DNA of 64,000 bases from Azolla caroliniana. Lineage: Eukaryota; Plantae; Polypodiophyta. The stretch covers positions 5,208,001-5,272,000 of the forward strand of contig JBHGNT010000014.1 of NCBI GenBank assembly GCA_043228905.1. The letters run 5' to 3'. The notes beneath the pieces are model-generated. The model was not told where the DNA came from and searched no databases. It saw only the letters and a list, made by a program, of their open reading frames with translations. A program made the translations under genes and the position numbers. Below, piece after piece: positions 1 through 11,965 of this stretch. Position 1 is the first letter of the stretch; the number at the start of each line of letters is the position of its first letter.

Positions 1-583
1 GTACTGAAGACACTACACAATAACGTGTGGATTCCGCAACCGCGCAACGAACCCGCGAAGAGCCGATCTACCGCGCAAAGCCGCGAAGAAAGACGCAAGC
101 CGAACCACAGACTTCGCAACTATGCACAATGCAAGTTGGAGCACAAATTCCACAACTCCACATAAATACGAGTTGACGCGGACTCCGGAACGCGAGTCGA
201 AGAGGATTTCGGATACCGTCTGAAACCGACCCAACTTGAGCTTGAGGGGGCGTGTTGAGAATCAAGGTCAACTTGGTTTAGTGTGTGAACTCACCTTGAG
301 AGTGAATAGACACTCCAACGGTCAAGAGCCACCATTATGTCACCACTTTGTATTCTAGGATTTAGTATGAGTCATAGAATCATATTCTATGACACATAAC
401 TTATGAGCTTTCACATTCCCCATGCTCCATGAGTCTTGTAGTTAATGAAGAGAGAGGGTGACTATATAAAGCACCCTCCTCCCACCTTGTATGACATTGA
501 GTCTTTCTCCTTTGTTAATATACTTAACCTTGCGTATTCTCTGTGTCTTACTCATTGTCTCTCTCTCACACACACACTCTCTC

Positions 584-658
<75 letters not shown>

Positions 659-738
659 GTTCATATCTATCTTGCTGCACAGAATCCATTTCTTGATTCT
701 TTACAGAGTCATATAATGCGTCTCTAGCAAATACTTCA
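1..738 (+). mobile_element. 3' end of a copia LTR element: PPT 235-252 and 3' LTR 253-738, inserted in gag of element H
   Basis: TTGAGCTTGAGGGGGCG followed by TGTTGAG matches the PPT/LTR junction at 41345-41368, 46137-46159 and 59558-59581. TATA-like motif at ~463. LTR ends in CA just before gag codons TPMEID. Confidence 0.7.
567..656. repeat. (CA)n microsatellite inside LTR
   Basis: Long CA run; explains the poly-HT and poly-CV ORFs. Confidence 0.95.
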
Positions 739-1647
739 ACTCCGATGGAAATCGACACCACACGTCGTCACAGACCATTATCGGAAGAGGAAAAGTAGTG
801 ATGCTGAGAAAATCGACTATGTCTCTATTGCGGTAGACCAAGGCATATTGTAGTGAACTATCCCCATAGGCCAAGAAGACAGGTAAACCAAATAGTCGCT
901 AGTTCTAATTGTACTAAACCAGAGTCTATTTTAGTAGGAATATCTGATAGTCCTAATAGTACTAATAGCCCAAATCTATCAAACAAATTTGATGTCCTTA
1001 GTCAGTTAAAAGAAGAGATAAATGACTAAGTGCACCTAAAATAGGAGCCGTTTGGTTGGACAACCCTAGATCTGTGCAACCCATTAGTGGTTCCATTCCC
1101 TCTAAGCAAGTTAGCAATGTGTTCTTAGATCAAGTAACAGTTAGTACTAAAAGTACCCCTCTAATACATGCCTTAGCAGTCCTAGATTCCGGAGCTAATT
1201 CTTGCTTCATGGATAGGAATTTTGCCCAAGCTCATCAGATATCTCGAAGAAAACTCCCTTGTCCAACCTCCGTAGTAGTCATTGATTGTCGTTCCAATGC
1301 TTCCGGAAATATCATAGAAGAGTCAGAGCTAGTTAATATTGTCCTAGATAATTTAGCGTGTCGTATCATTTAATATAACTAGTAGCCCAGAACATCCCAT
1401 TGTTTTGGGATTACCATGGTTCGAATTATATAACCCAGACATAGATCGGAGAACAAGAGAAATCCGGTATCGACAAATCCGAGGATCTACTCATAAGATT
1501 GTAACCATTTTGCTACATCAATTGCATGAGGACGGACGCAAGGAAGCAATGTTTATCTTCACGATATCAGTAAAACCTTGCAACACCACTAAAGAGGAAT
1601 CCACAGTTCAACTTCTAGAGAAGTATTGTCATTATGCCGATTTGTTC
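739..1647 (+). pseudogene. H gag C-terminus and aspartic protease, degenerate
   Basis: ORF 1056-1373 contains [13 protein letters not shown], homologous to 20499-21698. Confidence 0.85.
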
Positions 1648-1651
1648 CAGA

Positions 1652-1803
1652 GAAGATTCCTACTCGAGCAAGAATATTGTCGACGGCTTTGTCGATGCTT
1701 GCCATCATCCCTTGCTCTCACATCATTCGTTCCACCATCGTACACATAAGCTTCATTTGCTCCTCCATTTCTCCTTGTCGCTGACTTCATGTCGGGTTCA
1801 CCA
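1652..1803 (-). mobile_element. Second copy of element A PBS (1786-1803) and gag start, truncated
   Basis: Near-identical to 37626-37777; TGGTGAACCCGACATGAA on the minus strand. Confidence 0.85.
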
Positions 1804-2585
1804 AATGTGTCGGGGTAGTTGTTGTTTGTGCGGCAAAGTCACAAGGACTAAGGTTAAGGGGAGTTGAAGGAACTTTTATATGGATTGCACACAAATGTTA
1901 TGAAGATTAAGGCTATGAAGAATAAGAGTTTAAAGTAATGTGTGAGAGAGAGAGACGAGTATAGATAAAAGATAGAGACAATGTATGATTCAAGAAGCAA
2001 GATAGAGACAAAGTATGATTTAAGAAAAAAAAGTATATGATATGAACATGATGTATATTACGAATACAAGATTTTACCAACTTTACAATGCTTGATAACA
2101 AGATGAACCCTTTCTCTATCGACTCTTGATTCGAACCCTTGACTCCAACTTAGAAACATGAGCCTCTTCACCAACAACCTAACTAGTTTGTTTCTTTAAT
2201 GATCTTATTTCTCTAACTTTCTCTTGATTGATTCCCCTCTTGTTTTCCTTGCCCCTCTTTATATAAGTATTGTCATGCATATGGTAATGTGTGGGAGGAT
2301 GGCATGCATGAGTTTCATGTGATGCATGATCGCCATTTGGGGTACATGCATTACATGTGATGCATGACAACCATCATGCTCATTTGAACTCTCATGTATG
2401 AAAATAGATATAGGATAAGTACAATGTTGGAAATATATATTTTAAAGCAAATAACCTAATTTAGTGGTGTATACCTTGTGCGCGGTATACAAGGTTGAGG
2501 GTTCAAGTCTCTCAAATACTACTAGATATAATATTTAAGTTCATTTTTATATCGTGAAGCACATTCTTCACGACACCTACCCCTT

Positions 2586-3715
2586 CTAAACTTGCACATT
2601 GGTTGTGCAGAGTTCATCCAACACTTCTTCTGATTCTATTAGTTCTTCTACTTCTTCATAAAATTCGGGCTCTAGTGACTCCCTCCTTTTAAATATTTTA
2701 ATCCTTTTTCCTGCAATTGGGGTACGAATTTCTGTCCCATCTAATTCATTGAGGAAATATGTGGCCTTATCTGTTAAGCTACGATACCAAGAATAGGCAA
2801 ACAATCTATTTCTGTTATTACTTTAGCACCAATTAAGTAATCTCTATCTATCTTAACTGCTGTTACTACCCCCCATAGCTCTCTTTCGACATGTGCATAT
2901 TTTCTTTGTCGACCACTAAGAACCTTCACTCCGAATCGGACTGGATACCTTTCTTCCCCATCTTGTTGGCTTATCACCCATCCAATTCCAATGGGATTGG
3001 AGTCTACTGTGAGATATATGGGCTGGGTGTAGTCAGGTTGCTTTAATGGTGGAGCTTGTGCCAAGTAAGACTTCATTAAAATGTTTCTCCTTTTCTTAGG
3101 AGTATGTATAAAGGTTCAGACAAATGGGCATAATGCGGAATCCATCTACAGTAAAAAACACATACCCCCAAAAACCTTCGTACTTCTGAGACGGATGTAC
3201 ATTCCTCTTGCATGTTTTGAGTTGCATTGACCTTGGTGGGGGATGGCTTTCTCCCATACGGGCCACACAGATGACCAACTATTAATATCTCTTTTGCCCC
3301 AAATATTGATTTCGCCCCTGATAAGGTCAAATGCACTTCTTCCATCCTTGATAGTATCTTCTCACAATCCTTGATATGGTCGGCAACGAATTGTCGGCAA
3401 CCATCTTTGTCCAATTCCTCATTCTTCTCTTCCTCCTTGCATCCCTTAATCGGAACATCATCTAAATAAGGCATTGTAATATGAGGAATAAAATCACGAA
3501 GTACCTTGTTCATTCCATTCATCATATGTGCCACTGAGTTGGTCACTCCTTGCGGCAAGTTACACATCCGTACTAACCCCATAGGTGTCTTGATAGAAGT
3601 AATATCTCAACTTTTGATAGCAAGTTGAAATTGATCATACCCGAAATAAAGGTCTCCCATTGAATATATAGCTCTTCCTGCAAACATCTCAACAAACTCA
3701 TCCACAATTGGCCCT
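2586..3715 (-). pseudogene. A RT, RNase H and integrase tail (integrase core deleted near 2775)
   Basis: MCNLPQG, PYLDDVPIKG, YLTVDSNPIGIG and IAGKRIKIFKRR motifs. Confidence 0.85.
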
Positions 3716-4148
3716 ACTCCTGTCATGAACAGTACTGAGACAGAGAAGGAATATGTACTAAACGAAGGATTAGTACTATGAGAGGTATGGAACTTCTTCG
3801 AGAGAAGGAAGAAGTGAGCGAGACAGAGAGAAAGAGAGAGATCGAGAGAGAGAGAGAGTGATGATAAGAAAGATATGTATTATATGAAGAGAATATACAA
3901 TGGTGGCTAAAAGGCTTAAGACTGGCGTTGAACCAATTTGGTTCAACATAATGGCTAGTGCCCTCTTTTATAGTGTTTTCAGGAGTAATCCTGAAGCTTC
4001 TAGAATGTTCCAGAGAAATCTGGAATATACACTAATTTCCTATAATAAAATGTAAATGAAAATAATATCCTATGTATTACAATAGATGATCTAATGGTCA
4101 AGAGCTCGACCCATATAACCTAAGGTCATGGGTTCGAGTCTTGCCATA

Positions 4149-5897
4149 TCATGACACTATCCCCACTTTAAAACAACGAGTGTCACGAGTCTTCTTGGAT
4201 TGAGGACTTGGTTTGTGTGGATATTGACGATGGAAGTCTTCAAGAAGAGCACGAGCATTGGTCACATTCTCGATCGGTTCCCAAGTATGTTCGCTGGGGC
4301 TATAGCCTAGCCAATCGACTAGATAGTAGAGCTTGTTGCGAACAATCTTGGAATCAAGGATGGCGGCAACCTCGTACTCCGGCCCATCTTCAAGCTCGAT
4401 CGGGGGTGGAGGTTGGATAAGACGTCCTGGGATGGTGCTCTCGTGGTAGGGTTCAAGGAGAGAACTATGAAACACCGGATGTATCCGAAGTTGAGGAGGT
4501 AGATCGAGAGGAAAAGCGACATCATTAATTTGTCCAATAATACGGAAAGGACCTAATCGCCGATAATCTAACTTCTCACATGGACGAGTAGTCTTGATGT
4601 GTCGTCGTAGCAGCCACACCCGATCTCCAATATTAAAACTGGATGGAAGTCGATGACGATCCGCGTAGACCTTGTGTGTTTGTTGAGCTTGTTGGAGATG
4701 AGTAGATAAATCCGCTTGTATCTTGCGTAACTGCTCCAAACGATCCTCCGCGCACGGATTTGTGGACACCTCTGGGGTTTCAAGTACACTCCACCGGGGG
4801 TGACATCCCGTATAAGCATAAAATGGCGTAACTTTAGTGGATGCGTGGATAGAGTTGTTATAGGCAAATTCGGCGAAGTGGAGAATATCTACCCAGTCAT
4901 CTTGATGATAGCTGAGAAAGCACCGTAGATACTGCTCCAACGTTTGATTTGTTCGTTCAGCTTGGCCGTCGGTTTGTGGGTGGTAGCCGGAGGAGAGGTT
5001 ACAAGTGACCTTGAGCATGTTAAAAAGATGCTTCCAGAATTTTGACACAAACTGGGGTCCACGGTCGCTGAGGATACTATCGGGAAGTCCATGATGCCGA
5101 CATACTTCACGCATGACAATTTCGGCAGTGTCTTCACTGGAGATCTCCTTAGTACATGGCAAGAAATGAGCCATCTTCGTATATCGATCGACCACCGTTA
5201 GAATCGCATTGAACCCCTTAGAGACTGGAAGATCTGTGATGAAGTCAAGAGCAATGGATTGCCACAGCTTGCTTGGAATTGGTAATGGTTCTAATAAACC
5301 ATATGGATGATGCCTTGGCATTTTCGCTCTGCAACATGTATCACAAGTCCGAACAAAATCCTCGACAAATTGTCGCATACAGGGCCACCAGAATGTTCGT
5401 TGTACTAAATGTAATGTTTTAGTACTACCAAAATGCCCAGTTGTATATGTGTCATGACAATTTTGTACTACTCGAAGGCGGCAAGAACCATTAGGAACAT
5501 ACAAAAGTTCTTTAAAGAAGAGTAATCCATCATGGTATTTGAATTGCCGATAGTCCGTACCTGGTGGTTGCGACTGTGAACAGGACGCTCGAGAGGGATT
5601 AATTTGTGCTAGTATAGCTTGGGCGAACGCATCTGTCTTCAAGTCTTCACGTATGGTATTGATAACGCGGGAATCCATAGGCATGTCAAAGATCTGTGTT
5701 GTTTGTAGTCGTGCCGGTCCCAAGATGACTTTTTTTTGGTTATCGAAAGCTGGCTCGCTGGGACGGGGTGCTAGATACGAACGCCTTGATAATGCATCTG
5801 CCTTCCCTTGGTGCCTCCCCGGATGATATGTAATTTTGAAGTCGAAACACGTGAGGAAGTGGGCTCTGATCTTGCCCTCGACATCTATAGCTATCAT
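4149..5897 (-). CDS. G integrase with C-terminal chromodomain
   Basis: HHCC zinc motif, DFITDLP, SDRGPQF, GQAER, GPF and EYEVAAILDSK..YLVDWLGY..TWEP; uninterrupted 582 aa. Confidence 0.9.
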   Translation of the reverse strand: MIAIDVEGKIRAHFLTCFDFKITYHPGRHQGKADALSRRSYLAPRPSEPAFDNQKKVILGPARLQTTQIFDMPMDSRVINTIREDLKTDAFAQAILAQINPSRASCSQSQPPGTDYRQFKYHDGLLFFKELLYVPNGSCRLRVVQNCHDTYTTGHFGSTKTLHLVQRTFWWPCMRQFVEDFVRTCDTCCRAKMPRHHPYGLLEPLPIPSKLWQSIALDFITDLPVSKGFNAILTVVDRYTKMAHFLPCTKEISSEDTAEIVMREVCRHHGLPDSILSDRGPQFVSKFWKHLFNMLKVTCNLSSGYHPQTDGQAERTNQTLEQYLRCFLSYHQDDWVDILHFAEFAYNNSIHASTKVTPFYAYTGCHPRWSVLETPEVSTNPCAEDRLEQLRKIQADLSTHLQQAQQTHKVYADRHRLPSSFNIGDRVWLLRRHIKTTRPCEKLDYRRLGPFRIIGQINDVAFPLDLPPQLRIHPVFHSSLLEPYHESTIPGRLIQPPPPIELEDGPEYEVAAILDSKIVRNKLYYLVDWLGYSPSEHTWEPIENVTNARALLEDFHRQYPHKPSPQSKKTRDTRCFKVGIVS

Positions 5898-6646
5898 TCC
5901 GAACGTCGCTCAAAGAGGCGGTTGTCACATCTCACCGCACGATTGATTGCTTCTGTTAAGGACTTTGGCTCTTTGGGGAAGGTCAATAGTAAATCCTTGA
6001 CGTCGTTGCGTAAACCATAACGGAATTGCTCCATCAACGCTTGATCATCCCAAGGGATATCGGCGGCGAGTAGGTGAAAATCTACAGTGTATGCGGAGGC
6101 TGGACGGTCACCTTGGCGTAATCGCCGGATTTTGTTGATTGCGGTCCTGATGCTGTCAGTATCTCCGAAACATGCTTTAAACTCACCTAGAAACTCTTCA
6201 AAATTGTTGAGTAACGGAGATTCCTTTTCTAATAGTTGAGCGAACCATGACAACGCTGAGCCACTTAACAAAGTCCCTACTAAACCCACTCGTGATGCAT
6301 TGGTGGGATATCGGGAAGGATGCATTTGAATAACTAATCGTACCTGGTTAAGGAACCCTCTAAACGATCGCGTTCCATCGAACTTCGTGGGAAGGCCAAT
6401 CTTGGGTTCTTTATGAATCCCTTGTGTTCCGGGCCCTTGTTGTTGCATCGCTATGATGGTTGCTTCGAGTTGTTGCACGCGTAATGCAAGTTCCCCATGT
6501 TGTTGCATTTGCTGCTTTTCTAAGGAGATTTGCTGAAGATCCCCCAACAACCGTTGGTTTTCTTGTTCCAAAGCATGGAACTTCTCCTTCAAGCATTGAA
6601 ATTCCGAGAAAACAGATTGATATTCTTCAACGCTAACAATGGCCAT
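5894..6646 (-). CDS. G Gag (coiled coil and capsid), C-terminally truncated
   Basis: EPKIGLPTKFDG and LRQGDRPAS; homologous to 19309-20226. Confidence 0.88.
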   Translation of the reverse strand: MAIVSVEEYQSVFSEFQCLKEKFHALEQENQRLLGDLQQISLEKQQMQQHGELALRVQQLEATIIAMQQQGPGTQGIHKEPKIGLPTKFDGTRSFRGFLNQVRLVIQMHPSRYPTNASRVGLVGTLLSGSALSWFAQLLEKESPLLNNFEEFLGEFKACFGDTDSIRTAINKIRRLRQGDRPASAYTVDFHLLAADIPWDDQALMEQFRYGLRNDVKDLLLTFPKEPKSLTEAINRAVRCDNRLFERRSE

Positions 6647-9600
6647 GGAATGAAAGAAAAGAGGAATAAAAGATTAGTAGGAAATGAGAGAGACAGAAGG
6701 TAGGGCAAATTGGTTCAAACTGTCATGAACAGTACTGAGACAGAGAAGGAATTTGTACTAAACGAAGGATTAGTACTATGAGAGGTATGGAACTTCTTCG
6801 AGAGAAGGAAGAAGTGAGCGAGACAGAGAGAAAGAGAGAGATCGAGAGAGAGAGAGAGTGATGATAAGAAAGATATGTATTATATGAAGAGAATATACAA
6901 TGGTGGCTAAAAGGCTTAAGACTGGCGTTGAACCAATTTGGTTCAACATAATGGCTAGTGCCCTCTTTTATAGTGTTTTCAGGAGTAATCCTGAAGCTTC
7001 TAGAATGTTCCAGAGAAATCTGGAATATACACTAATTTCCTATAATAAAATGCAAATGAAAATAATATCTTATATATTACAATAGATGATCTAATGGTCA
7101 AGAGCTCGACCCACATAACCTAAGGTCATGGGTTCGAGTCTTGCCATATCATGACAACTCCCGAGTTTCGGATTGTTACCTTATTCACGAGTTGCATATC
7201 TTGGATAAATCGGATCCGTTCATCTTTCTTTAACACAGTGGACCATCGACTCGAGTAAGGAGTGTTCGATGGTTCCAAGATACCCATCCTTATCTTTTCT
7301 TTCAGAAGTTCTAATAGTTGAGGGATTCTAGCCCTAGGCATGGGTATTGGTTTAAAGTTCCATGGAATATGAGGGATAGTGAATATAACCATGGCCTCTA
7401 CAATTCCTGGATCCACACACCCTATCTCCTTAGGTTGGAACGCTGTTGCGTATATCCGTGCATGTGTGTAGAATAAGGCGGGACCACGGGGGTCTTGGAC
7501 TAGGGAGTAGATGGGAAGACGGGTATGAGCAAAGTGGAAGAGATTAACATGGTAGAGAAAGTAGAAAGAGACAAGATTTATGAAGTTATGTATATTATGG
7601 GCATGAAAGCCGCAATGCGATTACAACCGCGGCCGCGTGGGCCGGACTCAAAACATAAGTAGAATGTAAACCCTAATCGGATAAGTAAAGAAAGAGATGA
7701 AGAAAACCCTAGAAGAAACCCTAAACCGAATAGAAACCCTCGACCTAAGTGGTATACCTCTTCTCACTCAAAATAGGCAACCCCCTCAATGGTGCCCCTT
7801 CCTCTCCTTTTATAGCATAAGGAGAGAAAGCCGTTACAAAAAGGAGAGACTAAATATCCCCTTCATTCAATGGGGATATTTGCTTAGATTCTTGGAGGAG
7901 GGATTGATGGGGCCTTAACTCCCACTCCTCACACATACTACTATGCCCATTACTCACCTCGTACTCCTATGTACCCCTCTCTTTCTCATGTGGACGTGCA
8001 TCTCTTACAATTTACATTTGTTCTTATTGATATTTTACAAATACATCATGTGCGTGTGCAACGTTGCACACCCCGGTTTTGTTCACTCTGCTCAGTTTTC
8101 CCCCTATGGACGAAAATCTTCACGACAGCCGCCCCCACCAAACCGCACATCCACCGGTATGTGCCAAGAAGAGGAAAGAGGTGAGATTTTCGGTCATAAT
8201 GATCAATCGAGTCCTTAGCGTCCTTGTCATCTTTGCCCGACTTCGTCTTCCACTTCGAGCATGCCCATCCCTTCCACATGAACCACCATAGCCTCCCGTT
8301 TCGCCGTATCCGCCGCTCGTCCTTGAACCGTCGGTTCCATCCGATCTGCCATATCCAACACTCACACCTTTTTCCCCGATCGGTCCTCCCGAGCACCGTT
8401 GCCGATCTGGTCGCTCCTCCTTTGTCTACCGTGTATGCCCTCCGATTAGGCCCCCGATCATTCCGGTTGTACGCCGGATTCTGCGCCTCGCATGTCGCGT
8501 GTGTCCCTCCTTTGGTTGGACCATCTGCTCATCTCGAGCACCTCGGCGTGCCATCTCTCTCCATTCCGCGCTCGCCTTCCGTAGGCTCTTCCCGTGCGTC
8601 GATGTTGTCCTCCAAATACGCGGTTGTTCGTTGGTCCTTAGGTGACCCCATTACGCGCTCCTTGTTTCTCCATTGCTCGCCGTGCTCTCTTGTAGTAGAG
8701 TGTATCGTCATCTTGACCTGCATGTCAGGGTCCTTCGCGGCACTCGTTACCGTATCCTCTTGGATCGCTTGGCCTCGCATGTCCTCTAGGACACCGCTTT
8801 TTCTCTTCCCGGTGCGTAGCCCTTTGCTCTCCACGCACCATCCTCCGCTCTCGTCGTTCATCCGTCGATCCTTGCAACTCACCGTTCCGCCTTCCGTCCC
8901 ATGCTTGCCTCTTTAAGGCTCGACTGGACCGCTATCACCGGTCAGTCGTTGCCGCTCTTCCGGGTGCATGCTCGTTCTTTGGCCCTCCGTCGGCCGTAAT
9001 GCATGCTTCGTGTTACACACTCCTCCCGCCGTAGTCCTGACTTTCACGTCGGCCTCTTCTCCCTTTGTTGTTGTAGCCCCTTTCGACTCCAGCTTATCGT
9101 CTTGGCTCTGCTGGTCCGTCATTCCTATGTCGTGAAGAAAACCGGACAGAACCGGAATCGGCGAAGCAGGGCGCATGAACCGGCCCTACACTTTCCCACA
9201 CCAATTAATACCTTGTACACAACTAGGAGTAGGACGGTGGGTGTAAGTAGACTAGATGTGACGCATCGAAAGTCTAGGGAATCAACGTGTATCTCTGTCC
9301 GAAAGGACAAAGAATAATTTGATGAAAACGAGGGTGCAACGGCTTGCCTCGACGACCTATATAAGGAAGAAGGGAAGGAAGAACGGGGGATAGCAGATTA
9401 GCGAGGACGAAGTGCTGCCGGAGCATTTACTAAGCTCTCTCTCTCCTCCTTCGGTGGTCATTCTCTGCAGGTTTTGGGGATCGCCGCCTCTGTTTCGTGG
9501 ACATCCCGTGTGCTTCCATAAGAGGCTCCCCCTTCACGTTTCTGTGTTTGGCGTGTGAGCATTGTGTGTGTGTGTGTGTGTTCCCCTGAGTTGGGTCTGT

Positions 9601-11897
9601 TGCCGGCTTGCCGGTTGTAATCATTTGATTTGTAATTAAGACTTTGTTCTCTCCTTCTCCCTCTGTGTTTCTGCAAGACTTCTCCCTCTCTCTCTTCTTT
9701 CTCCCGCTCCTTGGTTCAAGGTCCCTGCGTTCCTGCCTCTTTCCACACGCGAAGAGCGTAACAACTTGACATATTTGGTGAACCCGACGTGAAATAGGCG
9801 GCAAAGGAGTGAAGGATGAGTTGATCCGAGCTTGCTGAAGCTATGGCCGTAGCCGTCAACCGGCTAGTGAGCGCTCACGAGGGAACGGGTGCCCTCGACA
9901 GGGCCATTGAGTCAATTGTCAGCACCATAGGTTGATTCGGTGGGAAGAATGCCACGAGCTACTTGGAGGCCTACTGGGCCGAAATGATCATGAGGGATAT
10001 CTCGGTGGACAGGCGGCTATTCGGATTCCCTCGGGTGGTGACGCCGAGCATCCACTTAGAGGTGCTCGAGGTGCTGGTCGGGTGCCAAACTTGGGAGGAG
10101 TTCGAGCTGCGGCTCCTCGAGATGTATGGGTTCGATGACTCGCTTCGACTGTCGAAGCGAGACTTCATGGCATGGGTTGAGAGCCTTGGGAAGGGGAGGA
10201 ACGCGTCGGCGCTCCTCTAGGAGTTCGAGAAACGGTTTGCACGGCTGTCAACGCTTGACCGGACCGTGCTTGACACAAGCTGGGTACTACTATTCTTCAA
10301 GTCGGTGGATGCCATGGACTAGGAGAAGGTGGGTCTCCTATTGGAAATGGATGAAGGGTTCATGACAGACTTGGCCATGGTAAGGAGGGTCTGCGGTCGT
10401 TTCGACAAGCGGCGCGAGTGGAGCGACGAGGGCTCGTCGGCGAGGGATCTCGAGGAGCCGGTGTCGGTACCAGCTAGGAAGGAAGAAACTCGGAGTTGGC
10501 TTGAGATGGGCTCAGCCCCGAGTGGAGTGGTCCAAGGTCCCTCCGGAGGCGCAGCTCTAGAAGAGCTGTCGCGGATGGTGCGAGATCTCCAAATCGGACA
10601 GGCTCGGAGGGACAACAATGAACAATGTTGTGATCGAAGGCTGCCGGCAGGGCAGCGGTGCATGTGGTGCGACGCGGTCGGCCACATCCGGAAAGAGTGC
10701 GCGGACTTCGCCGAGGCACTCAGGACCAACGTGGTGTACCTCTGGAATGGGCGGGTGCACGCGAGCGAGACCAAGAAAACCCTAGAGTTGAATTCGGGGC
10801 GCGACGAAATGAAGCGGTTGATGGAAGAGGCCACGACACGACATGCAGAGGCCGTTAACTATTCGGCGTCAGTGGGAATCCGGGTTGGGGCTGATGAGGC
10901 CCGGAAAGCGAAGGACTCTGGATTCTTGCCGCTGGTGCTAGAGGGTCTCTCCGAAGTACGGCTGAAGAAGGAAGAGGCAGACCGCGCGGAATAGCGGATC
11001 CGGAAGGGATCCGAATGGGACGACCCGATGGAAGAAAAGACTGGCTTTGTGGCAGCCGCATACCAGAACTACGAGGTTTTGGTAGAAGACAAGCGCGCGG
11101 GAAAGGCCGGAAGGGCCGGGCCCTCGCAGCGCTACGAGACCCGGTTCGGACCAAAGCAGGCCGGAGAAAAAGAAGCAGGCTGGCTTTCGGCTGAGCACCG
11201 AAATCGAGCGAACAACGGACCTACGGAAGGTCCTAGAAGAGAGAATTCTCGACAGCAAGGTTGAGCTGTCATTACGGGAGGTGCTGGGAATCGCCAAGAA
11301 GGAGTTCCACGACTCCATCGTGGACTTGGTGAAGCAGAAGAGCCTCTCGACGGAGCCGGAACCGGAGAGGCCGGTGGAAGTGCGGACGACGCACTTAGAA
11401 GACACGGCCCTAGAGGATGAGTTGGTAGAAAGCCACTACGTGAAGCCGCATTGGGCTAGGGCCACTACGGAAACCCCTGTTCGGATCGGCGACGTCCAAG
11501 AGCCGGTGGTGGTGTTGGTAGACCACGGTTCGGAGATCAACCTGATCTCCATGGATTTCTATAAAAAGGGGAAATGGCCGATCAACACCAAGCATGGGTG
11601 GAAGATACGCGCGACGACTTGCGCTACAGAGGAGCTGCATGGGGCGTGCCCGAACATACGTGTGAAGATCAGTGACGTCGAGATAGATCAATATTTCTTC
11701 GTGCAGGAGACTTCCTCGCACCTAGTAATTCTCGGTGAACCGTACATTACGGCAGCATGCATGGAGACGAAAGTACTGGACAACGGTTCGACGTATGTGC
11801 GCGTCAAGAGCCAAGACGGTCGACATTCCGTACAATTCATGAGAGTGCAACCCAACGACGAGCGAAACCGTGAGACCCTCGGCGCCGATAGCCGAGG

Positions 11898-11965
11898 GGA
11901 TTTTTCAAAAGGGCTATCAAGGCGTGGGGCCGCAATAGTCCGGACACCCCGGAAGAACCCCACAC
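11898..11965 (+). promoter_or_regulatory. Putative -1 ribosomal frameshift signal (G GAU UUU plus stem/pseudoknot) between protease and RT of C
   Basis: The RT N-terminal motif YKIVDQKVRPV (ORF 12264) lies in the -1 frame relative to the protease. Equivalent site in A at ~35588-35651 (minus). Confidence 0.6.

Larger units (their letters stand above)
3721..7156 (-). mobile_element. Element G: internally deleted chromovirus. LTRs 3721-4156 and 6721-7156, TSD ACTCC, PPT 4157-4170
   Basis: 436-bp LTRs differ at only about 5 positions. ACTCC at 3716-3720 and 7157-7161. Confidence 0.95.

Noticed and set aside
739-743. ACTCC after the first LTR matching the G TSD
   Set aside because: Different elements and hosts; a 5-mer coincidence.
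445-761. His/Thr- and Cys/Val-rich ORFs
   Set aside because: Translations of a (CA)n microsatellite.
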